A stretch of 64,000 nucleotides of DNA, taken from Eledone cirrhosa (lineage: Eukaryota). The stretch lies in contig OZ024740.1 of the NCBI GenBank assembly GCA_964016885.1, positions 193,502,001 through 193,566,000 on the forward strand, given 5' to 3'. A model generated the notes under the pieces. The model had not been told where the DNA came from, ran no database searches, and worked only from the letters and a program-made list of their open reading frames with translations. How positions within the stretch are numbered: the stretch's first letter is position 1; the number at the start of each line of letters is the position of its first letter. This document shows, one piece after another, positions 12,003 through 25,189 of this stretch. The translations under genes were made by a program, and so were the position numbers.

Positions 12003-12006
<4 letters not shown>
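11710..12006. repeat. ~300-bp imperfect palindrome (arms ~140 bp)
   Basis: TACAAATG...GATTTAAAATAATAAATCAATA / TATTGATTTATTATTTTAAGTC...CATTTGTA. A related single-arm fragment lies at 14737-14790. Confidence 0.9.
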
Positions 12007-12052
<46 letters not shown>

Positions 12053-12057
<5 letters not shown>

Positions 12058-13355
12058 GTAGAACACTGGAAGGTGACATCCGTAGTGGTAGAACACTCAG
12101 TCCAGGTGACGAGTTAGATAGAAGTGGTTACTAAACAGCTAGTTCACCATACCGAGAAAAATTGTTTCACCTTGGCGGATCCTCTGCACGTAAAGCACAT
12201 GGTTATACGGAAGAGGAAGGACAGCCGTACGAACGCGCATGCGCAGAAACGATCACTTCACACAGGCAAAACTAAATTGCCACGGGCCAGAGGTGTAAGG
12301 GAGGTAACTGCAAAAGTCCGAAAGTTTCTAGTTGATAAGAAAATTATGATGTTGTTGTAATTCAATCCGGATCTTTGTAGTTATGTAAGAGGTGTTTCAA
12401 GACGTGTGGACAACGTGTGAAGAATACACTTCTCGTGTTTAGGCAATCACTATTGCGTAATCTCTTTAGAATATTTATTCGTTCACCAATACATAGTCCA
12501 CACGACGGAGTGCCCCTTGCGTATGGCTTGGACTTAGTGATGGCTTTCCATTGAATGGAGTAGTCTATACTTGAGTCCTTGAGAGACCATACGTGGCTCG
12601 TGAGTTTTGTGGATGAACGTGCTTCCGGGTACCTAAAGGTCGACTGGTGGTTCAGGAAGCGTTCCTTAAATCGGCCCTCCGACATACCCACATAGGGTTT
12701 GACCTCCTGTGGTTTGATTTTGTCGGTTGGAAGTGACCACAGCTTCATAAACTACGGCAAGTGTGTTCATTGCTGTTGAAGGGGACAACCTTCAAGCTTA
12801 CGGCAAGAGCACTCTGGTGGGGTGTTGCTCTTAGGGCTGTTGGTGATGTGGGCCTTCAGGTTCTTAGCGCTGGAGATGAGAACGAGATAGTTTGTCTATT
12901 GTTATGCTTTCTTTTCTTATTGCTGTTATTGTTAGTGGGAGAGTAAGTAATAGGATGCGAGAAGCCGCTGTTAGCTAACGCCGTGTTACAGTAGGGTGCC
13001 GCCCTGTCAAGGATAGCCTTATTAGAGGAGAGGTTTGAGATTCTAGTACTGATATTATTTACGAAGTTTCTAAAAACAGTGGGAGGGTGGCATGTGTTCT
13101 TGTGAATGTAATTGAGTTTTTCGTTTAGCTTATGGAAGGGTCTGTGGGTGTTTGTGCGAAGGTCTAAATTAATGTCTAAGAAATGTACGCTAGAGAGGTT
13201 GGTAGCTACTGTTATCCTAAGTCCTAACTGATTGAAGGTAGAATCTAAGTCTTTTTTAAATCGGTCGAGTTCGTGACCACTTTTATGGCTCGATGAGGTC
13301 AGTCCATAGTCGCGGTATATTCCCGTGTGGAAGTCCGGGAATCTAGCACGTAATA
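12053..13355 (-). mobile_element. 5'-truncated Penelope-like element (RT C-term, GIY-YIG, pLTR with HHR remnant)
   Basis: GIYRDYGL (YRDDGL-like), VHFLDINLDL and HPP motifs. ORF 12362-12748 has YVGMSEGRFKERFLNH...CGLCIGE. HHR remnant CAGAGGATCCGCCAAGGTGAAAC at 12151-12190. Confidence 0.9.
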
Positions 13356-13391
13356 TGTATCCTTTGACAGTGCTGGCGTAGGCGACTTGAC

Positions 13392-14679
13392 CTCATATCG
13401 AATTTCGTTTATCGTGAACTCGTGCGCCGATTTTTCGATACTCGATCTTTCTAATATATTTAGCTCTGGACATAGCTATCCACCAGTTAATTTTATTGCT
13501 CATTTTTTGTCGATTCTATTGAGTGATGAATAGCTTTTGTTTTATTTTAACATGTCTATTGAGCACTCTAATTCGATATGTGTATTTCCACATTCACTCG
13601 AATTGTTTTCGCGGATATAGGGGTCATCTCCCTTGTCTAATGCCATGTGCGTTTTTCACCGCTAGTTGACTCCTCTGCCGCCAGGAAAAAACTCGTTGAT
13701 AACGTAAACTCCGTTCCACTTACTCTAGTAGGCTTTTATATTTATATGTGAGCTGATAGAGTACAGTCTAAGGATTTACAGAAACCCATGAAGCTAGATT
13801 TAACACCTTTCTAGTGGGTCCGGGTATGATTTTACATTCATTTAAATTATTGACGTATTGTTTTTATTGATATTTTTTATCTGTTTGGCCCGAATCTTCC
13901 TTTATCGATTTTAAATCGTATGGTTGATTGTAGACTTGTTCTATATGTGACGGTATTTTAACGATAGTTATAGCTCTGATTCATCTGAATTATTGAGCCC
14001 TCTGCCGCTCATATCGAATTTCGTTTATCGTGAACTCGTGCGCCGATTTTTCGATACTCGATCTTTCTAATATATTTAGCTCTGGACATAGCTATCCACC
14101 AGTTAATTTTATTGCTCATTTTTTGTCGATTCTATTGAGTGATGAATAGCTTTTGTTTTATTTTAACATGTCTATTGAGCACTCTAATTCGATATGTGTA
14201 TTTCCACATTCACTCGAATTGTTTTCGCGGATATAGGGGTCATCTCCCTTGTCTAATGCCATGTGCGTTTTTCACCGCTAGTTGACTCCTCTGCCGCCAG
14301 GAAAAAACTCGTTGATAACGTAAACTCCGTTCCACTTACTCTAGTAGGCTTTTATATTTATATGTGAGCTGATAGAGTACAGTCTAAGGATTTACAGAAA
14401 CCCATGAAGCTAGATTTAACACCTTTCTAGTGGGTCCGGGTATGATTTTACATTCATTTAAATTATTGACGTATTGTTTTTATTGATATTTTTTATCTGT
14501 TTGGCCCGAATCTTCCTTTATCGATTTTAAATCGTATGGTTGATTGTAGACTTGTTCTATATGTGACGGTATTTTAACGATAGTTATAGCTCTGATTCAT
14601 CTGAATTATTGAGCCCTCTGCCGCTCATATCGAATTTCGTTTATCGTGAACTCGTGCGCCGATTTTTCGATACTCGATC

Positions 14680-14690
<11 letters not shown>
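13392..14690. repeat. Tandem duplication, 616-bp unit, about 2.1 copies
   Basis: CTCATATCGAATTTCGTTTATCG starts at 13392, 14008 and 14624. I saw no differences between copies by eye. Confidence 0.95.
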
Positions 14691-14739
<49 letters not shown>

Positions 14740-15098
14740 GTAAACACTGATACGAGTATACATGTGTTGGTATTGCAAATGACCAAGTTATATATATATA
14801 TATATACAGAAATTCGTAATAGTTTTACATAAGCAATTTTGTTAAATCACTTCCATACGATTTAACTTATTGTCAGACAATTCAATAATTTATAAATCAT
14901 GAACTTGAAGGATGAAGATAATATACAAATTAGAAGTGTTTAGACATTATGAGATTCCCGAATCCAATTTCAAATATCACAATATTTTATTATGTATGAA
15001 TATCTGTAGATGACAACTTGTAAACGCTTTAGTTTTTTGAATGAGGCTTTTAAAAATGTAATATTAGACGATATTTTATTTCTTTATGTATCATTATT

Positions 15099-15197
<99 letters not shown>

Positions 15198-16377
15198 TTG
15201 CGAGTGCGCGCGCGCGGCTGTGTGTTATGAATTAATATACAATTTCAATTGAGCCAGATTTCCTACGATATTATGTAAGCTGTCAAGAAACTATGTGGCA
15301 ACTGGAATTCTATTCACGTAAAACACTATTTGCTTCCATTTGCCTTATTAAAGTCCATTCAAACGAATGAATATCGCATGTGTATATTAGATGTGCCTAA
15401 AGGACAACTGATCTGTTAAGCTAAATAATAGCAATATATATATATATAACAACAAGTACACATGGAATAATATGGACATCAATTTACAATCAAAGCAACT
15501 ACAGTGTTAAAATATTTTTGTTGACAAAAGTATTCGTAAGGACAAATACACTGATACCACGTAATGGTGCCCCTTCAAGCAAAAATGAAATCTGCTATGA
15601 ACACACAACTAAGACGTAGACTAGACGCCCACACTACAAATACAATAGCCTTCGGATTCAACCCATATAACAATAACAATCGCCAAATAGATAGAAACGC
15701 CCTCGTAAGCTAACCAGTCGCAGTGTTTAAACCTTTCCTGTTGAATAATGATTATGTAATGATAAGTATAACGATACAACATAATTAATCACCAACTTGA
15801 ACAGTATTAAGCGTTAGCGAAGACAAATTATAGAATAAACAAAAGGCATAACCACAACAACCGCACTAATTCAAATTATATACCAAATACAGATCTATTC
15901 AGTTACTCCTAGAAAATTATTACACCAACATAAAGTTTTCTTTCCTTTTTCTCAAACATTTATGAACAGAGAGTAACAATAACATTATGTTTAATAACCT
16001 GACCTTACAGATGCAGAAGCTTGGGTGTCAGAGGCAGGTCTGTATTAACAAACTACCAGAGCCATAAAAATAATCAAGCTAAGAAAGCAAGGAAATAAAC
16101 ATTAGCCAACTCCACCACCGTAGAAATAAATATATCTATAACAATCTAGATGGCCAAACCACAAGAGTCAATGACCTAGTGTCTGTTACATTTCCCTTTC
16201 GATCTTGCTCTGTTTTTTATTATGAGATTTGATCTTTCTTACAATGTTTTTATTGTCACTATTTCCTTTTCTTCGCCAATATACTCTTTCAATCAGATCA
16301 GCCTCCAAATAAATAACTTGAATGAAATTAATTTAACAGTTTAGGTTTAGTCTTCAAGCAAAGAATCCATATAATAA

Positions 16378-16534
16378 TTGTTTCTACTTTTGGCACAAAG
16401 CCGGCAATTACCCAGTGCATTACTAGTACTTTAGTTTATGGACCCCATAAGGATGAAAGGCAAAGTTAACCTCGGCAGGATTTGAACTCAGAATGGCAAG
16501 GGCCGTAACTCTACTGATACTGCCGATCACCCGC
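16378..16534 (-). mobile_element. tRNA-derived SINE copy with probable TSD CATATAATAAT
   Basis: Same core and tail as 1976-2135. CATATAATAAT flanks both sides (about 16368 and 16535). Confidence 0.85.
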
Positions 16535-18679
16535 ATATAATAATAATTGCAATTTGCTTTCCTTAGGAAAGAGTACTACGTCCCTACAATTGTTTTACTG
16601 CTCTGAATCAGTTACATCTAATCTCTTCCCTCTCTCACACAGACACACACACTCTCTCTTCCACACACATACTCTCGCGCACGCACACACAGACAGACGC
16701 ACACATACACACACACACTCACAAATATATATGTACGTATGGGTTTACCGAACATTTATTATAATGTTCGCTTTGTTTGTAAACAAACAGACCGAATTAC
16801 GCCGTACAGTGTTGGGCAACCATCGTTGCCCTTTTGTTCAACACTGACAAAGGAACGATGAACTTGTTTCAAACTTATTAGCTATCGTCAGCATCGTATA
16901 CCTTCCTGTCAGATGATTGAACGTTTGAAAGTATATACTTTCCTTATGCAGATTAAAGTTTAAGCAAAGAATCGCTGCTTTCACCCTTAACGAGATCTTC
17001 TGAAGCTAACAAAGTCAATCTGTAAACGCAGAACTGGATATTTCAAAAAACGTTTCAACCGGAGGAAGACAAGAAGACGATATTTTGCTTCAACCTCTCT
17101 ATACAGGTTGAGGCCAATCTCTCGGTCGTTAATTACCTCGACGTTACCCTCAATTTATTCAATGGGTTGTATTACCCGTATAGAAAGCCGAATGATACGC
17201 TTAATTACATAAGTAAGCATTCCAACCATCCTGCCAGCATAACCAAGAACCTGGTAAGAAACGTTTCGTTGAGGCTTTCCCGTCTTTCCACCAACGAGCG
17301 CATTTTCAACGACCATTCCACTTATTACAATGAAGCTCTTGCTCGAAGTGGATTTGTCGATAAGCTAGCATATACAGAGTACGAAAATAGGCCTAGAAGA
17401 AATAGATCCCGTCGCATTTGTCGGTTTAACCCACCATATAATATGGAGGTGGCCACACCATTAGCTTAGATCTTTCTTTCCCTTATTACGAAGCATTTTC
17501 CCCCTACACATAAATATAGTAAAATTTTTAATAGAAATACTATTAAAATGTCTTACTCTACGACTCCTAACCTTGCACATAATATCACAGCTTCAAATTT
17601 AGCTAAACTACCTAGCCGTAGGAACACGTGCAACCCTGTAGTTAGTACTAACTGTAATTGTAGGAATCGCGCTGATTGCCCCCTATCCGGGAAATGCTTC
17701 TCTAGTAACGTTGTCTGCAAATGTAAGGTTGTAACACCCACGTCCCGTAGGGCCTACATAGGGCTAACCGCCAATAGTTTCAAGCAGCGTCTTTACATGC
17801 ATACCCATTCTTTTCGTTACCCTCTAAGAAGGAATATGACGTCACTTTCAGCTTATATCTGGAGTCTAAAAGACAACCACACCCAATATAAGTTACACTG
17901 GGAGATCCTAGCTAGGGCTAGATCGTATAACGGAAATAAAAGACCATGTGACCTCTGCGCCGCTGAGGCCCTGGAAATACTCTACGCCACAGACCACATC
18001 TTAAACAAAAAAATATGAGGCAATTTCGGCTTGTAAACATAAATTGCACAAAACTTTCCTGTATTACAGCCCCACGTTATACCCTAACGGATAGTACGAT
18101 CTATACGTGGATATTTTACGTCTTGATGTGGGAGCTAAGTATATGTTTTGTTTATTCCTTTACTTATCTGCATAGGTAAGTATATATTACCCGTATGTTT
18201 TGTGAAGGTATGTATACCTTCTCGTACGTATTTTTAATTGTTATGGCGTATAATTTTTATATTCTGGTATTTAGGGTTTGGCTATGTGTATACGGGAGTT
18301 TTGCGTCTGCGTGAGTATGCAGGTTCGTACGTATGGTGGGTGTGTGTATATGTGTACTTCTTGTTTTAGTTGACTTACGTCTCCGAACATTCGTGTATTT
18401 ATTGTAGGTATGTGTGTGTGCGCTTGTTATATACGTATTTATTTACTTATATACGTTTATATAATTATTTATTTATTTGTACACAAGCATACACACACAC
18501 ACACACACATATTTATATGTGCGTGGTTTTGTATACCTATGGTAAGGTTTTGCGTATGCTTGTGTATGTACGTACTTGTTTGCGTGTATGTATTTATTTA
18601 TTTCTATTACTTCTGTATTGTATTTATTTACTTTGTTCTTAACTCTGTAGCAGAGATTCATTTGGTCTCCTAGTTAGAA

Positions 18680-18948
18680 TTTTAGTCTACGACTTCTGCT
18701 ATACCATTTACGTGGTTTTGTCTTTGCGTGCTATTGTTCTCCACGCTCTACATATGACTTATTATCTTCGTTGTTTCGTTCATTGCCAGAGAACGTCTCT
18801 ATGCACCACCTAAGAGAACATTAGTCTACGACCTCTTTTATACCACAAATGTGGTTCTGTCTTTGCGCGTAATTGTTTTTCACCGCTCCTATTAATGACG
18901 TATTATTCGCTTTTTCCCGTTCTTTGCCAGCGAACGTTTCCACGAACC
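18680..18948 (+). repeat. Diverged ~139-bp tandem duplication in PLE 3' UTR
   Basis: TAGTCTACGAC...TGCCAG(A/C)GAACGT occurs twice (about 18683 and 18822). Confidence 0.75.
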
Positions 18949-19027
18949 AAAGTATCGTCTTCTTGTCTTCCTCTGGTTGAAACGTTCTTTGAAATATCCA
19001 GTTCTGCGTTTACAGATTGACTTTGTT

Positions 19028-19078
19028 AGTTTCAGAAGATCCCGTTAAGGGTGAAAGCAGCGATTCTTTGCTTAAACT
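19028..19078 (+). ncRNA. Hammerhead-like motif in PLE pLTR (variant core)
   Basis: AGTTT-CAGAAGA-TCCCGTTAAGGGT-GAAAGCAG-CGATTCT-TTGCT-T-AAACT. Stems I, II and III are present; the core is CAGA instead of CUGA. Confidence 0.65.
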
Positions 19079-21029
19079 TTAATCTGTTATTTAATAAATA
19101 TTTGCTCTACGGTTCTTATATATTTGATATATATTTATCCTTATCGAGCCCTCTTTGGATTTTAGTCTTCAATTTTATTATTATTACTATATATATATAT
19201 ATATATGTGAATATATATAGATAATAATAAGTATTGTTTAATGTTTATTCGTATAACTATTATTCTAATGGTCTACCTGAACAAATTAGCTTATGCTTAA
19301 AGGATATCGTTATATCCACGTCAGAGATAAGTACCCAAAATTTGAAATGCAGTTTTCCTTCATGTTATGTTAATTATTATATAAATAAAGCGCTTAATTT
19401 TAACATCGGAAAAGAAGCCATGCATCGTAGACAGTAGTGCAATTCAGTATATTTTGTATGAAATAAAGTGGAACCCATGGGAAATATACAAGATGCGTCT
19501 CCCTCACCATCATCCGGGGTTACACTTTCTCTATTCTGTCCGCAGGGCGGCCAGCGCGTGGGCCCCTATTTGCTCACAATAGTGAAATTTGGGAAGAGCG
19601 GGAGAGAAGGAAGTAGTAACAGTGAGAGTTTGGTTCCTTTGTGTTTGGACCTGGTAGATATGTATATGGTTCACAGACACACACTCACACTAATATTGAA
19701 GGTTCAAATTTCAACCCCTGTCTTTATTAAATATCTTTAATACTATTTCAACAGACGACCAGTTGTTCGCAACAGTTTGTAAATTGTTATTCTTCTGAGA
19801 TAGTACCAGTTGTAATCTAACTATATAGAATTTTATTGAAGCTATCTGTCTATTGATATTTTACTTTTGTGTCTATTTCTTAATACCATATGTGCGGGTG
19901 TTGAGCACATACATTCTTGTTGTAATTCATGTTTGGTGTTCATGCAGTGTGTTCCTGTATATTTTTCTAGTGTTAATGCCAATATATGGGAGCCAAAACA
20001 CGTATCTATAACATAGGCGTGTGTGCATGTGTGGATGTGTGTAAATGTATTTGTGTGTTTATTTATGCGTGTATGTATGTGTGTGTATGTGTGTGTACGT
20101 GTTCATGTGTGTGTGTGTCTGTGTGTGTTACTCTTTGTGTATGATAATCTAAAATATAAAGTTATATGGCCTGATATCTAGACACATTACTTTATTACGT
20201 TACTACATCACACCTTCTTTAACTTGTATTTAAACAAAATAACACCCAGTGTGTATGTCACACTACATCTGAATTTAAATCATTCATAAAGATAACGCAT
20301 ATGCACAGAGGTGGAAATCGTTCATCGAAAGCTGTGAGTTTAACAGCAAATTCTTCTCTATGTGTTAAGCAAGGCTGATATCGCTAAAGATCTCACTATT
20401 GATTTTACTACAAATTCGATGACTAACATAATATAAACACCACACCCTTAATAGAGAATATACTGTTTTACGAGTTGCTTCTCATGATTTATAATTCAAT
20501 TCATTCTATGTTGTAAAATGTAGCTGTTGTGCATATCATTGTACTCGTTGTCTGCCTAAGGGTCTTAATAAATTGTTTACTATGTTGGTTTCACATTGAT
20601 TATACAGTTTCAAATTTAGCCACCATCTGATTTGGTTAGTACAAATAGAAATAAAGGCGGATTATAATAATATAATCTGAAAATTAAAGTACACATCACA
20701 TTTGCGAGAGGGACATGGAAACTTGTGTTTACATTATAAGATAAAGTGAATGAAATGAAAGAGAAATCTGAAGCGGCTATGTTGAAATATGCATTTGGAC
20801 CATGATGTGGCTAATGAAAATAGCTGAAGCACGTATCAGGGTCTTCAATCAATTGCTCAACAATTGGTCTAGAAGCAGACGTTTTTAAATAGGGGATGTT
20901 AACATTACAGAGTATCATCACTGTTGAATCTCCAGTATTATATATTATCCATTCTGTTAAATTATGGTGTTATTGTATGTTAAACATTGCTTAAAACGAT
21001 AATCATGAGTCTGCCCTGCGTTGCAGCTT

Positions 21030-21170
21030 GGAGTTACGGACTTTATGATATGTGTTCAAATCCTGCCGAGGTTAACTTTGTCTTTCATTTTTACAGGGTC
21101 TATAAAATAAATCACCAGTAATGCGCTGGGATAATTGCTGACCTTGTGCCAAACGTAGAAACAATTATTT
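21030..21170 (+). mobile_element. tRNA-derived SINE copy (5'-degenerate)
   Basis: GTTCAAATCCTGCCGAGGTTAACTTTG...GACCTTGTGCCAAACGTAGAAACAATTATT. Confidence 0.8.
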
Positions 21171-23002
21171 CAATGAGGTAACATACATGATAGAAGCCAG
21201 GTGGTAACGTTAATATTGATCACGTATTACCATTTATCAGCATCATATTTGGCGTAACTATAATTGCATGTGATTTTATATGTTTCTGACATCGGGAATC
21301 ACAGTGTAAAATACATTGATCCACCTTATATTTCATTCCAATTATATTTCATTCTATGTTAGACGATTTCGTATCTACATGGCAGCTCTGATTTTGCAAT
21401 ATGCGACTACTGTCACACATGTTTAAGATTACGTCGTTCTAGAGATTATAAAGCATAGCATGCCGACTGTGGCAGCATATAATTTAACTTTTCTTTAAAG
21501 TATATGCTTTTAGTACACTGTCCGAAAGTGTTTGCTGAATAGTTGTATCTGAGACGATTTGTGTCTTTACTGCTATTGATTTTGTTAAAGATAATTTACA
21601 GGGCCAAACCATACTTGTACATCTCTTCCAACAACAACAAGTAAATGCAAACTCAAATATTATATCTAAAAGATTGAAAGCATTAAAGCACTGTTTATGT
21701 TAATTGAATACTGCAATAATTGTATTTTAAAATTGAATAAGATGAATATAGGCAATAAAGTATTTCACGTTGCTTATTTAATTGATCATATGTGATAACA
21801 TCGTTATCAATTTGCTTTCATTAACGTAGTAAATGTGACAATTAATCATAAAACCAAGGTTTGTTAAACGAAGTTGAGATAATGATACATACTTGATGAT
21901 AATGAACAGCGTAAGTGTAACTGAAATACTTTTAAAATAGAAACGATTCGTTAACATGATTAGTCTACTGACTAATCTTTCTGGCACAAAACAGTCAACT
22001 TTATTGCAATAATATTTAGGTATTGAATTTCAAACAATGTTCGTGGCGACAGTCATCAAAGAATCTTTATGCCAAAATATTCTTATCGACTGATTAGTTA
22101 TCCGTTAGAAGTTGGCCAAAACGTACATATTGTGTACAGCGCTATTGTGAAAAGAAAAGAAAAAAAGCAAGAGAGAAAATAAAATAAAAAAAGATTAGAA
22201 CAAATGAAAGCGATTTCAGCAAATATTTGGAAATACCATTTTTTCTCATGATTAATTTGGTTTGCTCCAGAGAATATCATTAATCTTTGACGAAATACAG
22301 ACAATAAATAAAAAAATTGAAAATATGTTTCAAAGATTCTGAATAATAAAGGTGGTATATACTCGAAACGTATGACTGGACTAATAATTGTATATGTGCA
22401 TATATGTTTATTTGTATACGTAAAACGATATTGTGGTTTGATAACTATGTTTATGCTTTTATGTTCAACGCCTTGTGTGTGAGACTATTTTGAGCTACTA
22501 TGGCGAAGTTATTACTAATTTGTACACATGTACACGCATCAGAATGAAATGGTTAAGAAATTCGCTTTGCAATCAATAGGAATCGGATTCGACTTCACCA
22601 CGTTTCTTTTACCTAAGTTCCAGGTTAACCCATCCCATTTAAGTAAAATTGAGTAGTTAGAAACTGTACTGAATAATTTCAGACGCACTGTACCTGTAAT
22701 TTACAAAGTCAATTATGTCATATACAATGACATGCTGACTCATCCTCAGAATGACGTAAACAAGGCTATTACGTTATTCGAAAACCTGGAATATTCACAT
22801 TTAAAACTGATAGAGGTCCATTCCCTCATCCCTCTCCCTCCCCACCTATCACATTTTCTAACTCACTCACTTGCCCTCTATCACACTCTGTTTTTCTCTC
22901 TTCCTTATATATATATAGAAAGAGATAGATATAGATATATAGGTATATACCTATAGAAATGTGAACACTCATCGCTAAAACAGTCGTCAGAACAGTCAAA
23001 AA

Positions 23003-23056
<54 letters not shown>

Positions 23057-23491
23057 CCCACTAACACAGAGAAACAGGCACAGATGTTATCCACGCACAC
23101 ATACACATACACGCACAAACACACACGCACGCACACACACACACACACTAATATATATCGTAAATATAAGGCAGTTGATTGCAATGAACTGCCTTATATT
23201 TATGATATATATTTATGTGTGTGTGTGTGGGTCTGCGTGTGTGTTTGTGTTTGTGTGTGTATGTGTGCGTGAATAACGTATGTGCCTGTTTCTCCGTGTT
23301 TGTGTGGTGCATACGTAAAAGAGAAGAGAGAAAAAAATGTATTTCTCACATGTGTGAATTTAAATCAATTTATCTTACACACTGTTAAATGCGTAATCAC
23401 CTAATAGTGGTTCTGTATATGGACATATGCTTGAAAATCAATGCGTGTTTATGTCAATATGTATATGCACATATATATTCGCATGGATATA

Positions 23492-23535
<44 letters not shown>

Positions 23536-25189
23536 ACATACATACATGTGTGTGTGTGTATATATATATATGCTTATGTATAAAAGGTCTTCTTGGCGTC
23601 ATTTGATATCAGTATTAGTTATAAAATAAAGTCCCATATATCTTCTTTGTCTGCATCGGTGAGATTCCGTATCGAGGCTGTATAGCAGAAGCGACAAGAT
23701 TATTGGTATTGATTTTTATATATAAATAACTGCAAAATATCATATTTATTACATTAAAGTACATGAATTTATCATATATAAGTAGTAAATATTTTCGTGC
23801 ATACAAACCTTTCCAATCCTTATTATAAAGCAAACAGTTCACTTCATTATTTGATCGCTAATGCGGGTTACTATGTATTTTAGTGATTTGGCGCCTAATA
23901 TTTTTAGATTTCTGTTTCAAATATAATCGAATGTCATATATGATTCATGTGAGCCATAATTATTTTGTTGTTGGAGCTTTACAGAAAATTCAGCTCACAG
24001 TAGGTGCTGTGTCATGGTCTTTGAGTTAATACTGTTTCGAAGACTATACACTTCATAATAGTCGCATATCATTTCGACGTCTCCTACAGTGATTAACATA
24101 GTAGTGAATATTGTTTAAATAGGTATTATACATTAAATAGGTATTATACACGAGAGATTATGTAAGATATAAGAGTGCAAATCCGGTTATATCGCGAATT
24201 TGGTTATCATGAAATCTAGTAGCTACTTGCCGATAAGATGTGTTAAACACTTACATCACATTCGGTTTTGTGTCGGGCTTACGATATATACTTCCATACA
24301 TAATTGTTTTCAATGCTCATCAATAACGTTTGTATTAGCTTTGCATGAACGAACTACTTGCGTGACATTTGGATGAATATCGGCTATTCCAAAGTTACTC
24401 CCACCATTAATAAGAACGGCTGCAACAGCAGCAATAACAACACAAATTACAAGTAATGTATACAGAGACAATAAATGTAAGCTAACTCATATATTAAATA
24501 CGCTTCCAAAATCAATCATCACAAACAAAACAGAGAAGACAAACGGAAATCACAAATTCTACTCCATCTCCATTGGCCTTGCCTTTCCTATATGTATTCC
24601 AACAGTTATCAAGAATGCAATAGAGGAATCTGAAGTGTCATATTGCTCAATGCCTGTTAAATTTAAACATAATTTTACTTGCCTACGACTTGAGAAAATT
24701 ATTTCATTCACTACACAGGAAACTACTCACATCAACACTACTGATTTTGAAGAATTTAAGAAAATTCTAAGACCTAACAAACAAACAAACAAGCATTTCG
24801 GGTTAATATAATTTATTTATCAATTCTATACAGAGAATTCGTGAAGACTATAGCAACACTAAATCTCGACGAGTAATTTATACAAAATAATCTACGCAAA
24901 CAAATTATTTAACCCCAATCCTTCTAACTTCTTATACATATATTGCTTGACGCCTCATAAAAAATATATATAACGCCTTGCCTAAAAAGCACTCAGGTTG
25001 AAGAATATTTATAATTATAATTGTAAAAATCCATCATATTATAGAATTTGGAATTTTCCTGTATCCTGTAACTGGCACTTTCTTTACCATAACTCCATCA
25101 ACTGCCTGCATTTAAAAGAAAACGAACGTTGCACAATTATTATTATATACAAGTCTACATATATTGACTCGATAATTTTTTATTATTAT

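Larger units (their letters stand above)
16949..19150 (+). mobile_element. 5'-truncated Penelope-like element with inverted 5' pLTR and 3' pLTR
   Basis: NYLDVTL, YPYRKPNDTLNYISKHSNHP, FNPPYN, CNCRNRADCPLSGKC, YIGLTANSFKQR, CDLCAAEALEI. 16949-17087 is the reverse complement of 18948-19086. Confidence 0.92.

Noticed and set aside
13392-14690. CRISPR-like array or LTR pair
   Set aside because: The units are contiguous with no spacers, no TG...CA ends and no internal coding region, and the context is eukaryotic.
19468-19740. GC-richer stretch with acceptor-like TCTGTCCGCAG, a possible host exon
   Set aside because: No recognisable protein motif or partner exons; needs RNA-seq.
20700-24990. Possible decayed DNA-transposon, PLE or second-family SINE relics (e.g. 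22545-22670, 23615-23842, 24480-24950)
   Set aside because: Only faint motif echoes; boundaries and family cannot be supported by eye.
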